Positions 1-11,108 of a DNA stretch of 60,000 nt are shown here, one piece after another. The position numbers and the translations under genes are program-made. The notes under the pieces were generated by a model, which was not told the origin of the DNA, made no database searches, and saw only the letters and a program-made list of their open reading frames with translations. The stretch covers positions 104,782,001-104,842,000 of the forward strand of contig CM059432.1 of the NCBI GenBank assembly GCA_030390025.1, read 5' to 3'. Source of the stretch: Squalus acanthias (taxonomy: Eukaryota). How positions within the stretch are numbered: position 1 is the stretch's first letter; every line of letters starts with the position of its first letter.

Positions 1-723
1 AAGCCGGTCAGATGACATCATTTGATGACACGTCATCTGCCGGTTTTCTTAAAGGGACCATGCACAATTTTTCTTTGACAGCTCATTTCTCAGTGTTTGA
101 CAGCATTGAGGTGCTGCAAACACTGGCAATCACTGTACAAAGGTGAGCTCTTGCACCCAGGCTCTCCAGTGACTCCCTCCATAGGCTGGAACAGATGGCA
201 GCTGCAGGTGAGGTTACCAAAGCGATCTGTCACAAGTGAGAGAGGTTCTCCCAATGAGGTGGGACTAGACATCGATTTCAAAACTTTTTACCTACAGAAA
301 AGTGTAAAAGCATTAAAAATCATTTTCCCAACATTTCCTTACCTCTGAAACTCACCAGTGCACCATTGGATCCTTCACACCACTTCTACAGCTGTCATCA
401 ATGCAGAAACACTACAGCAGACTCACAACATGCCACACTTACCTGGCGTGGTGTCCGGATGTCGGGAACCCCGAGGCAGAAGCGGCAAAATTGAAAAAGA
501 GCCTGTCAACTACTATCAAGTACCTGTTAACAGGCAGGTAAGTGGCATTAATCCTCTTCCCGCCACTAGGTGTCGGGTCCATGCGCAAATCGGGGACCCG
601 ACACTTGGGAAGATTGATTGGAGGCGGGTTGATGGTGAGATCGGACCCCACCGTCAATCAAAACGATTTTGACCCTTGACCCACCTTCAAACCCGCCCTC
701 TCAGTGCCGATAAAATCGCGGCC
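1..723 (-). mobile_element. Partial PIF/Harbinger-type MITE (one terminus only; the other lies outside the window)
   Basis: Ends in AAAATCGCGGCC, whose reverse complement GGCCGCGATTTT resembles the GGGC(G/T)(C/G)GAT TIRs at 7321 and 40627. It shares TTTGACAGC hairpins and splice-donor-like motifs (reversed) with those copies. Confidence 0.55.
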
Positions 724-917
724 AATGTGTTCCATGACACTGGTACAAGAGGGCTAATAATCAGGACATTGTTACTGCAAGTTTATCAAACAATAATCTG
801 CATCTAATTATCTGATTGCCTAATATAAAATATACAAAAATATTGGCATGTAAGGATGCCAGATCTATCCTCGTTCTCTAACCCTTTGACTACCATGTTA
901 TCAGGATGAAAGAGAAT

Positions 918-1059
918 GCATAATGGGAACAGGAGTAGGTCATTCAGCCCCTCGAGCCTGTTCCGCCATTCAATTAGATTATGGCTGATCTGCATCTGAA
1001 CTCCATCTACCCGCCTTGGTTCCGTAACCCTTAATACCCTTGCATAACAAAAATCTATC
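918..1059 (-). mobile_element. CR1 LINE 3' end fragment
   Basis: Reverse complement of the CR1 tail (…ATCAGCCATAATCTAATTGAATGGCGGAACAGGCTCGAGGGGCTGAATGACCTACTCCTG) that recurs across the window. Confidence 0.8.
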
Positions 1060-1740
1060 CTAGTGCATGTGAAGTTGATTTCCAGTATGCTAGCCAAGGG
1101 GTTAGGCTAAGAGGAAAAAATGACCATTTAACAACCCTGAAACACATTGGGTTGCAGGTGTGAGCTGTAACCAGATGTGGTACAGATTTGATAAAGTTTC
1201 ACTAATCAAAATACACTTAAGACATATACTGGTGTATACTTCAATGCAAGGAGTCTAGTGAATAAGGCAGATGAGCTGAGGGCAGATAGACACATGGAAG
1301 TATGATATCATAGCTATTACTTAAACATGGCTTAAAGTAGGGCAGGAATGGGAGCTCAACATTCCTGGTTACAGAGTTTTCAGATGAGATGGAGAGGGGG
1401 ATAAAAAAGGAAGGGGGGGTCGCAATATTGGTTAAAGAATCAATTGCAGCTGTGAGGAGGGATGATATCTTAGAAGGATCATCAAATGAGGCCATATGGG
1501 TTGAACTGAAGAACAAAAAAGGGCAATCACACTGCTGGGAGTGTACGACAGACCCCCAAACAGTCAGAAGGAGATAGAAGAGCAAATATATAGGCAAATT
1601 TCTGAGAAGTGCAAAAACAATAGGGCAGTAATAGTCGGGGATTTCAACTACCCTAATATTAACTGGGATAGAATCAGTGTAAAAGGTATAGAGGGCACAG
1701 AATTCTTCAAATGCATTCAGGAGAACTTTGTAAGCCAGTA

Positions 1741-4163
1741 CAGGAAACTCTCGTTTAAACGGCACCTAAATATCCGGAATTCTCTATTAACCGGCAAAAA
1801 TCATACTCCGAAAACTCCTCTCAAATAACCGGCAATGTTGCCGAGTCCGAGTCCGAGTCTCCCGCGAACGCCGAGTTAGTCAGTGGGGGTAGTTCTCCAA
1901 AGTGCCACTACTCGGCTTCCTGGCACTGTCGGAAGTCCGAACACTGCAATAACAGGAGTCTGATTCTCCCGCGCTGCCGGTAGTCTCTTCTGATCCGCCA
2001 TTTTACTGTGTGTCTCCCGCGCTGCTGGCAGTCTCTTCTGATCCGCCATTTTACTGTGTGTCTCTCCATCTTCATCGGCAATTATCTCCTCCATCTTGCA
2101 TTATGGAATTCCCAAAAGCTTTTCCAAGCAAAAGGAAGAGAGTGGTCTTAACTTTAAAACAGAAAATCGAGATATGCCAACGACTAGAAAGGGGAGAGAA
2201 GCGTATCAACATTATGAATGAATTCAAAATCGGTTCGTCAACAATCTACGACATCAAATCGCAGAAGGATAAGCTGCTCAAGTTTTATTCAAGCTCGGAG
2301 ACATGTAAGAATGTAGAGAAACGGCGTACGCTTCGTAAGCCTAAGCTTGAAGAGCTGGATACCGTGCTTTATGAATGGTTTTCTCTTAAGCGTTCAGAGG
2401 GTGTTCCAATTTCCGGACCCATGCTAATCGAGAAAGCAAAGGATTTCTACGAAAGGATGGAGCTCACTGACAAGTGTGCTTTCTCCGAGGGATGGCTAAT
2501 GTGCTTCAAGTTACGGCACGGGATACGACGACTCGATATTTCCGGGGAGAAGAAATCAGCTGATCACGACGCCGCAGAAGAATACTGCGATTATTTCAAT
2601 CGGATTGTGCAGCAACATGATTTGTCGCCAGCACAGATATACAATGCCGATGAAACTGGCTTGTTTTGGAGGTTTTTGCCAGAATCAACGCTTGCTGGGG
2701 CTAGTGAGGCTAATGCTTCAGGTTACAAGAAAAATAAAGATCATGTAACCGTGCTAACATGTGCGAACGCTGCTGGATCACACCGGGTTAAACTTCTTGT
2801 TATTGGGAAGTATAAAAATCCCCGTGCATTTAAAAATGTGAGGCACTTACCTGTTGTGTACAAAGCTCAAAAAAATGCTTGGATGGATAAGGAAATCTTC
2901 TCCGATTGGTTCCATCATATTTTTGTTTCATCTGTGAGGGAACATTTCCGTAAAATAGGGAAACCTGAAGATAGCAAATGCATTTTATTGCTTGATAATT
3001 GTAGAGCCCATCTGCATGAATCCGAGTTGGTTTCGGGAAATATTTTCACCATTTATTTGCCACCAAATGTAACTTCTCTCATCCAACCCATGGACCAGGG
3101 CGTTATCCAAAATCTGAAGTGTCATTACAAGAAAGACTTCCTACGTAAACTGATAAGCCAAGATGACAATATTCACGCATTTCAGAAGGAATACAATATT
3201 AAAGATGCCATCTATAATGTTGCATGTTCCTGGAACTTTGTGAAAGGTCACACTCTGAGGCAAGCCTGGCGCAAATTGTGGCCTTCTGTAATGTTTGCTG
3301 AAGGTTCTTCTTCAGAGGAGGAATTTCATGGGTTCAATGTTGGTCCCAAGAAGAGTACAATAATGGAAATGGCTGGCATGGTGAAAAATGCAGGTCCAGC
3401 AAACCCTCGACATCACCTCAGTGAAAGTGATATCGAGCAGTGGGTTGATGCAGATAGAGAAGTTGGTGTTGTGCATATGCTAAGTGATGATGAAATAATT
3501 GAGAATGTTTTGAATCCAAAGAAAGAAAAGGAAAGTGAGATGGAAAGTGAAGAGGATGATATTTCTGAAGAGAACAAGATTTCTTGGGCTAAAGCTGCAG
3601 AAGGATTTTCTTCAATCCTCAAATTTGCTGAAAGGCAGACTTGCTACTCTGCCCAAGAAGTTCTGCAACTCCATATTCTGCATTCCACGTTTCTACAGAA
3701 AAGGCAAGAGTCCACTAAGCAAACCGACATCCGCAACATGTTTAAGAAAGCTTCCAAAAGAGTCGAAGCAGCGGAAGTGCCTGAAGAATCTGTGGAAATG
3801 CATGATCCTGATGACCCAGCTGGCACGGATATTCCTGATGAACCAGCTGACTCGGAATAAGTGTACAGTCAACTACAGTACTGTATGCAGTCGTTTATAA
3901 GTTTTGTTTTACTGTTAAGTAATTAAAGAGTTATGGATTACCCTCAACTGGCAGTACTGTACTTAATCAAGCATCTTCCACCATCCATTTAACACAACAT
4001 TCTGTAGGTGAGTACCCAAATACTGTATACTGCACATTTCTTGATTTTTTTATTTTTGTTTGTTAAAAATAGCCTCGGTAGATATAATTCTCCGTTATCC
4101 GGAATTTTTGTTCAACCGGCACCACGCCGGTCCCGTCGGTGCCGGATACCAAAGAGTTTCCTG
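1741..4163 (+). mobile_element. Full-length Tigger/pogo-type DNA transposon (2423 bp)
   Basis: TIRs CAGGAAACTCTCGTTTAAACGGCAC and (reverse complement) CAGGAAACTCTTTGGTATCCGGCAC. TA TSD at 1739-1740 and 4164-4165. Inserted into a CR1 whose frame is restored on removal. Confidence 0.95.
2103..3860 (+). CDS. Tigger/pogo transposase, 585 aa, Jerky(JRK)-like; CENP-B-type HTH domains plus DDE_1 domain with DD32D triad
   Basis: Uninterrupted ORF from the ATG at 2103. Motifs [45 protein letters not shown]. 32 residues counted between the 2nd and 3rd Asp. Confidence 0.93.
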   Translation: MEFPKAFPSKRKRVVLTLKQKIEICQRLERGEKRINIMNEFKIGSSTIYDIKSQKDKLLKFYSSSETCKNVEKRRTLRKPKLEELDTVLYEWFSLKRSEGVPISGPMLIEKAKDFYERMELTDKCAFSEGWLMCFKLRHGIRRLDISGEKKSADHDAAEEYCDYFNRIVQQHDLSPAQIYNADETGLFWRFLPESTLAGASEANASGYKKNKDHVTVLTCANAAGSHRVKLLVIGKYKNPRAFKNVRHLPVVYKAQKNAWMDKEIFSDWFHHIFVSSVREHFRKIGKPEDSKCILLLDNCRAHLHESELVSGNIFTIYLPPNVTSLIQPMDQGVIQNLKCHYKKDFLRKLISQDDNIHAFQKEYNIKDAIYNVACSWNFVKGHTLRQAWRKLWPSVMFAEGSSSEEEFHGFNVGPKKSTIMEMAGMVKNAGPANPRHHLSESDIEQWVDADREVGVVHMLSDDEIIENVLNPKKEKESEMESEEDDISEENKISWAKAAEGFSSILKFAERQTCYSAQEVLQLHILHSTFLQKRQESTKQTDIRNMFKKASKRVEAAEVPEESVEMHDPDDPAGTDIPDEPADSE

Positions 4164-5184
4164 TACATAGCATGTCCGACAAGAGAGAGGGCAGTTCTGG
4201 ACTTAATTTTAGGGAATGAAGCTGGGCAGATGGAAGGGGTATTTTGGTGGTAGTGCTCATAATTCAGTTAGATTTGGCGTAGTTATGAAAAAGAGAGACC
4301 AGGAGTAAAAATTCTCAATTGGGGAAAGGCCAATTTTACTAAGCTGAGATGTGATTTAGCAAAAGTGGACTGGAAATGGACTGGAAACAGCTACTTAAAG
4401 GTAAATCAGTATCAGAGCAGTGGGAGGCATTCAAGGAGGAGATAGTGAGGGTTCAGAGCAAATATGTTCTCGCAAAGTAAAAGGGCGGGACTCCCGAATC
4501 TAGAGCCCCCTGAATGTCAAGGAGCATACAGGGTAGGATGAGGAAAAAAAGGGAAGCTTTCATCAGATATCGAGGGCCCAATACTGCAAAAAGCCTAGAG
4601 GAGTATAGAAAGTGCAGGGGTGAAATTAAAAAGGAAATTAGGAAAGCAAATAAAGGGCATGAAAAAATATTGTCAAGGAAAACCCAAAGATGTTTTATAA
4701 GTACATAAAGAGCAAGAGAATAACTAAGGAAAGAGCAGGGCCTATTATAGACCAAAACGGTAACCTGTGTGTTGAGGCAAAAGTTGTAGGTATTGTTACT
4801 AATGAATACTTTACGTCTGTCTTCACAAAAGAGAGGGACAATGCAGACATTGTAGTTAAGGAGGAGGAGTGTGAAATATTAGATGAGATAAACATAGTAA
4901 GAGAGGAAACATTAAGGAGTTTAGCATCTTTGAAAGAATTTAAATCAGCAGGCCGAGATGAAATGTAATCCAGGCTGTTAAGAGAAGCAAAGGAGGATGT
5001 AGCGGAGGCTCTGACCATCATTTTCCAAACCTCTCTGGCTACAGGCATGGTGCCGGAGTACTGGAGGACTACTAACATTGTACCATTGTTTAAAAAGGGA
5101 GAAAGGGATAGACTGAGTAATTACAGGCCAGTCAGCCTAACCTCGGTGGTGGACAAATTATTGGAAAAAATTTTGAGACACAAT

Positions 5185-5923
5185 GGGCCAGAAATTCGGC
5201 TCTCCGACTTCCCGTGGGTGCAAGGATCGCGCGTGTACTTACCTAGCGCGCCTGCCGTTGTGCTTCGGGCCCACGTGGAATTCGGGTCCTGGGCCTCCTG
5301 CAGCTGCCGGCGCGCAGTGCTTGTGTATCCCAGGGGCGCAGTTAGTTCGAAGCGTCCCCTGGGATCACGTGGGCCATGGAGAGCCAATCGGAGCAGGGAA
5401 TCTTCATTCATAGATTTTGACAGGAAGACCTGTCAAATCTATGAATAGAGATCAGCCCCAAAACCTCACTAAAACTTCAAATATTTTTTTTAAAATCACG
5501 TTTTTAAAATAACTATAAATTACATAAATTAACTACTTTAAACAAAAATTAAAATTTTTGAAAAAATTAATTACACTTTTTAACGGTGCTAAAAATAAAC
5601 TTACCTTTCTTTAAAGTATGTAAAAAAGATAAACCTGTTGAAAAAATGTTTAAATTGTACTTAATTCACCACTTACCTTGTTAAAAGCAGGCCTTGCGCC
5701 TCCTTTTTTCCTGCGCAGCTTCTCCGTACTTACCCTCACGGAGAAACCTGAAAAAAAACCAAAGTTCGCTGCATGTGCGCTGCCTCTCCGGCACATGCGT
5801 TCGACCTCTGAACCCCTTCCTTCAGGGGAACGGAAGTTCCGGTTTCCAGCGCATGCGCAAAACCGGCACTTTCATTGGGTCTACGGGTGAGTACACACCC
5901 GTGGAGACCCGAATTTCTGGCCC
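5185..5923. mobile_element. Non-autonomous PIF/Harbinger element (MITE, 739 bp)
   Basis: 21-bp TIR GGGCCAGAAATTCGG(C/G)TCTCC with one mismatch. AAT TSD at 5182-5184 and 5924-5926. Interrupts the CR1 RT region. Confidence 0.9.
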
Positions 5924-7320
5924 AATATAAATCGTCATTTAGAAAGGCACAGATTAATCAAGGACAGTCAGCTTGGATTTGTTAAGGGAAGGTCGTGTCT
6001 GACTAACTTGATTGAATTTTTTGAGGCGGTAACAAGGAGGGTCAATGAGGGTAGTGCTTTTGATGTAGTCTACATAGATTTTAGCAAGACATTTGACAAG
6101 GTCCCACATGGCAGACTGGTCAGAAAAGTAAAAGTCCATGGGATTCCAAGGGAAAGTGGCAAGTTGGATCCAAAATTGGCTCAGTGACAGGAAGCAAAGG
6201 GTGAAGGTCGACAGATGTTTTTGTGACTGGAAGGCTGTTTCCGCAGGGCTCAGTACTAGGTCCCTTGCTTTTTGTGGTACATATCAATGATTTAGACTTA
6301 GATGTAGGGAGCATGATTAAGAAGTTTGCAGATGATACAAAAATTGGCCGTGTGGTTGCTAGTGAGGAAGAAAGCTGTAGACTGCAGGAAGCTATCGATG
6401 GACTGGTCTGGTGGGCAGAAAAGTGGAATTCAATCTGGAGAAGTGTGAGGTAATGCATTTGGGGAGGGCTAACAAGTCAAGGGAATACACAATAAATGGT
6501 AGGATACTGAAAAGTGGAGAGGAACAGAAGGACATTGGAGTGCATGTCCACAGATTCCTGAAGGTAGTAGGATAGGTAGATAAGCCAGTTAAGAAGGCAT
6601 ACGGGATACTTGCCTTTATTAGTCGAGGCATAGAATCCAAGAGCAGGGAGGTTTTGCTAGAACTGTATAAAACACCAGTTAGGCCACAGCTAGAGTACTG
6701 CATACAGTTCTGGTCACCACATTACAGGAAAGATGTGATTGCACTAGAGAGGGTACAGAGGAGATTTACGAGGATGTTGCCAGGACTGGAAAATTTTAGC
6801 TGTGAGAAAAAATTGGACAGACTGGGGTTGTTTTCTCTGGAACAGAGGAGGCTGAGGGGAGATTTAATTGAGGTGTATAAAATTATGAGGGGCCTAGATA
6901 GAGTGGATAGGAAGGACCTATTTCCCTTACTAGAGAGGTCAATAACCAGGGGGCATTGATTTAAATAATTTGTAGAAGGATTAGAGGGGCATTGAGGAGA
7001 ACTTTTTCACTCAGGGGGTGGTGGGGGTCTGGAACTCACTGCCTGAAAGACTGGTAGAGGCAGAAACCCTCATCTCATTTAAAAAGTACTTGGATATGCA
7101 TTTGAAGTGCCGTAACCTACTAGGCTACGGACCAAGAGCTGGATAGTGGGATTAGGCTGGATAGCTCTTTTTCGGTCGTCAAAGACACGATGGGTCGAAT
7201 GGCCTCCTTCTGTGCCATAAACTTGCATGATTCTGATTGTTATATGGATTGTTTCAAATTTTGCCAAATCACATTTCTCTTTCGGCATCAACAATTGCTG
7301 AAGCTTTTCCCAGACACCCA

Positions 7321-8166
7321 GGGCGCGATCTTGCCAGCCCTGGGGAGGCGGGTATGGAGGTGGGACTGCCGGGAAAATGGCAGAATCTGGGGGCGGGTGC
7401 CCAACCCGCCCCCAACCCGCCTCTGTGCCATCTTCCCAGGAGGCGGGTAGCCGACCCACGCCGGGTCCTGTCTCCTTGGAGGCGGGAAGGGGCTTATAGC
7501 CACTTAACTGCCTATTAACAGGTAGTTAACAGGCAGATAAGAGAATTATCCCCATTTTACCCATACAAGTGCGGGCTTCCCGAAGGCTGCGAACCCCGCC
7601 AGGGTCAGCGAGGCGAGCAGTGGGTCTGCGGGGGTCGGAGAGGTGCAAAAGTGCGCTGTGAAGGTAAGTGATGGGTGCAAGTGTGGAGAGGTAAGTATGT
7701 GAGGTGAGTGGAAAGTGATAGAAAATGTTTACTTACCTTTGTTTCTTCCTGCAGGCTTCAAACGTTGGGGATGCAGAGAGTCTCGCATCTCACCGGCAGA
7801 GATGACAGATGGCTGCTGCATTCCCCAATGCAACAACCATCTAATTTCTGCTCACAAAAGAGGTTTGATGAGTCTTGAATACAAGAACTCATCAAACAAC
7901 ATAGAATGTCAGTGTTTGACAGCTTCACAGAGCTGTCAAACGATGACAATTCATCTGCCAAAATTTTTTGACAGATGAAACGTCATACGCTGACGTTCTC
8001 TGTCACCGGCTTCCCCTTAATTGGCCTGCTAAGCCTGCTGGGCGGGCTTAACAAGGTCAATGAAGGGAAAATGGCGTGGGTTGGCCAGAAGTCGATGGAG
8101 GCGGGACTAAAACCCGACAAGTGGGAGTCCCGCCTCCAAAAGCTCCCCATTGGCAAAATCCAGCCC
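7321..8166 (+). mobile_element. Non-autonomous PIF/Harbinger MITE (family shared with 40627-41436)
   Basis: Imperfect TIRs GGGCGCGATCTTGCCA / GGGCTGGATTTTGCCA, flanks CCA/CAA, and colinear similarity with the 40627 copy. Confidence 0.8.
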
Positions 8167-8799
8167 CAAGATTCACACGGATCAGATTGAGACCAAATTA
8201 CTGCCTCAGTCATTTAGAGCCTAATGACACACTTCAGAAATCTGTCTGTAAATCCCTAGAGGATATATGTCAACAAGTGACAGATTATAGAAAATAAATC
8301 ATCAAAGAACATGGAGCCACATAACTCATGAATACAACAGAAATGAGTGACTAATATTGGCTGCATCCTAACTGATAAATTTGCTGTAATACAACACTGT
8401 CCTGATGTGCATTTTGTTTACATGTCCTGGTGCCTAATTTTAAATTAAAAAATGCTTTTGTTCTTTTTTTAAGATGGCTGTAGTTGAGCAGATGTGGAAT
8501 GCTTGATGGCTTCATATAGTTAGTGCTATAATCCCTCAGAGGTCAGTAAAGCTATAAACTCAGTCTGCAATCCCTGGCCATATCAAGGCCATTTTAAATT
8601 TGTTCTCAGGCTGTGGGCAACACAGGCAAGGCCACATTTATTGGAAATATACTTTTCCACACTAAGCGTTCAATTTCGGGAAACATGGGTATTGTTTATT
8701 GTACAGAGGACTTGCTGTTATCACTTAGAATATTCCCAAGTGATCCACAATAGAGAAGTTGAGACAGCTTCCTCGCTGAATCATGTGGTGCTATTTTTT

Positions 8800-9270
8800 C
8801 TTTCCAGCAATTTTGTCCTCTACTTTCTCCCCTGAAGGTGATGACTCACATGGGATATGGTTCCATGGATATCAGCAGCCCTGCAGTACATCTCCAAGTG
8901 GTCATTCTTTACGGTTGAGGATGAACATTGAGTGGTTGCATACTATTCTGATTCTGCACTCATTTGAGTGATGATTTCCTCTGTGTGCCAGGTGTAGCAA
9001 AATTATATGGGCAGTTACAAAGAACAAGTTAATGATTTTGCTCCAACGAGTGCAGTGAGGAAGTCTTTCCCTTGATGTCTTCACACATGCACTTCCAGCA
9101 GGAGTCACCAGCAGCAGGAACTCTAGCCATTTTTTCCCTCCCTCAGCCATGGGTCATTATGACATTTGTAATGCTTCTAGTAGTACAAAAACAGAGAGCT
9201 GTAAAGTCATCAACATTGAAGGATTTAACTCCAGACCTTGCTGGTTTGTTTAGTATGTGGTGCAAATAGT
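8800..9270 (-). mobile_element. Ancient SINE-like repeat (unnamed family, copy 1)
   Basis: Reverse complement shares GAATGACCACTTGGAGATGTAC…ACCTTCAGGGGAGA blocks with the copies at 23660, 38120, 41560, 55070 and 59590. Confidence 0.5.
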
Positions 9271-9982
9271 CACAGGGTAATCAGGTAAATCCTATAGAGC
9301 TGTCTAACCTGGCAGGAGTGTGGAAAATTGTTTACGGGCTTTCACATTGAATTGATAGAAGATCACAAAGGAGGTGGAAGGGAAATCCAGAAAACTCATT
9401 GAACATAAATCCATAGGCCTATACTGAGTTATGGCTTGTTGTATCATAAATAGTTGGTAGTGGTACAGCATTGAACTCATCAAAATAAATCTTCAAAATT
9501 ATGAAAGATTTGGAGGGTAATTATTGTTTCCACTGGTTGGCAAAATGGTAACAAGGAGACAAAGGGCAAAAAATTCGTGGCCACCATGGGAGTTGCCGGT
9601 GTCACCGCGGCCTCGGGTTAACAGCCGCTGAAAATGGATGAAGTGCTACCAGAGAAAAATTAGCGCTGGGGGCTCAGCGCTAACTTACCATATAACGTCT
9701 TCCTGGTGGCGTTAGTGCAGGCATGGGAGTTGAAATTCCTGTCCTGAAGCGGCGTTTCAGCTCCCAACAGCCTCTGGAAGCGAGGCAATAGAGTTTGCTA
9801 GGCATTGTGGGAAATGAAACTAATAAAAATAAAAATGAAGTGAAAAAATGCAGTTTTCAGCCCTTACTGCCTTAAAAAAAAATTAACATTTAAAAGAAGT
9901 CCCAAATGGGACTCTTCAGCTTTAAAGCTGAATTCCCTTCCGAACTTCAAAAAATGGGAAAAGTGCTTCAGCACTAACACAC

Positions 9983-10810
9983 ATGGCTCAGCAAGCCAGG
10001 GAAGGGGCACTCAGGATCTTGCATGCAGCACTCCAGCTTTGTGCAGGGGGTAAACACTGCAAGAGAGGCCCTCCAGAAAGAACGATGTGGGATCAAATCA
10101 CCGAGGCTGCCACTGCCAGCAGTGTTGCCCCTCATCACCTGGCTCCAGTGCCCAAAGAAGCTTCATGAGCTCAGACCACTGGTCAAGGTCAGTGAATGCA
10201 TCTTCAAAAACCGTCTCCTACCAACTGCACCACTAGCCTCCCACATTGCTCAGTGCATGACTGCCCCCCCCCCCCCCAAAATCACTCACCTACCAGCAAT
10301 CTGTACCAATCACGAGGCACATCTCCCATTGCTAGCCTCACCTCACCCCCTTGGAGGAGACGGTGCAGACCATTCTTGGCAGGGGCATGGCTGAGCCCTT
10401 AGCCAGCGGCTTGGCAAAAAGGAAACAAGATACTGGTTTCCTCATACATTATCCTCCTTCTTGCATGCACCTCATGCTTTCCTGCCCTCCCCTCAGCACA
10501 ACTCCACCCTTGTGCCTTCCTCATTTCACACACCCAAGAAATGCAGTCTGCCCAGCCAGTGGTTGGCCAGGAAGAGGGAGGGGAGAGTGAAGAAGAAGAA
10601 GAAGAAACACTGTCATTCAATTTGACACTCCCAGCCACCAGCTCCTCGAGGTCGTCCTGCAAGGCCATTTGCAGTGTCCCCCACTGAAAGTCAGCAGCCT
10701 TCCATCAGCCATGCTGCAGCCACTGGGATAGCACTACTTGACATCAGTAGGATAGGCAAAGGCACACACAAGACAGTCAATAAGAGAATGCATAAGGGTG
10801 ATGAGTTGAT
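9983..10810 (+). pseudogene. Harbinger Myb/SANT-like DNA-binding gene remnant (internally deleted, spliced structure)
   Basis: MAQQAREGA…WDQITEAATASSVAP/ITWLQCPKKLHELRPLVK followed by donor-like GTCAGT. Later blocks are homologous to exons 2-3 of the minus-strand Myb gene. Confidence 0.65.
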
Positions 10811-10978
10811 TTCTTGATGTCATATTGGATGGATAGATGTATAAAGTTGGATTGGAAAGTTTGTGGTGACTTTTATTTCAGCACCGTGGCCAAGAGGATG
10901 CTGTGATGGTCAGTAACAAAGGGAAGGTAAGGTGTGGGACTAATGTTGAAAGGGGAATTGGGGTTGTGGTCACTGGTC

Positions 10979-11108
10979 CTACAGGCGGATGATTCCATCC
11001 CGGATATCCCGGCCAGAAAGGGGCTGTCTGGGTTGCATCCTTCCTTTTGCTTCCTCCTCTTCTTCTTCCTTCTCTTCTGTTTCTTCCCCTTCGGCTTCCT
11101 CCTCTTCC
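10979..11108 (-). pseudogene. C-terminal remnant of a second Harbinger transposase
   Basis: Acidic tract then QPLSGRDIRDGIIRL*, homologous to the end of the plus-strand transposase (acidic tract…ERLIRLRFQ). AATAAA on the minus strand near 10872. Confidence 0.6.

Larger units (their letters stand above)
1225..7240 (+). mobile_element. Degenerate CR1 LINE ORF2 (APE endonuclease + RT), split by two nested DNA transposons
   Basis: Fragments [65 protein letters not shown], then a CR1 tail to ~7240. The frame rejoins across both insertions (SQY|IACPTRER and KILRHN|INRHLERH). Confidence 0.9.

Noticed and set aside
2010..2102. 31-residue N-terminal extension of the 616-aa ORF
   Set aside because: It starts at GTG inside the 48-bp tandem repeat. 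Homology begins just after the ATG at 2103.
2103..3860. Calling the ORF the host gene JRK/JRKL/TIGD
   Set aside because: It lies between TIRs with a TA TSD inside a CR1 and shows CpG-type decay at conserved residues, so it is a transposon copy. No gene symbol assigned.
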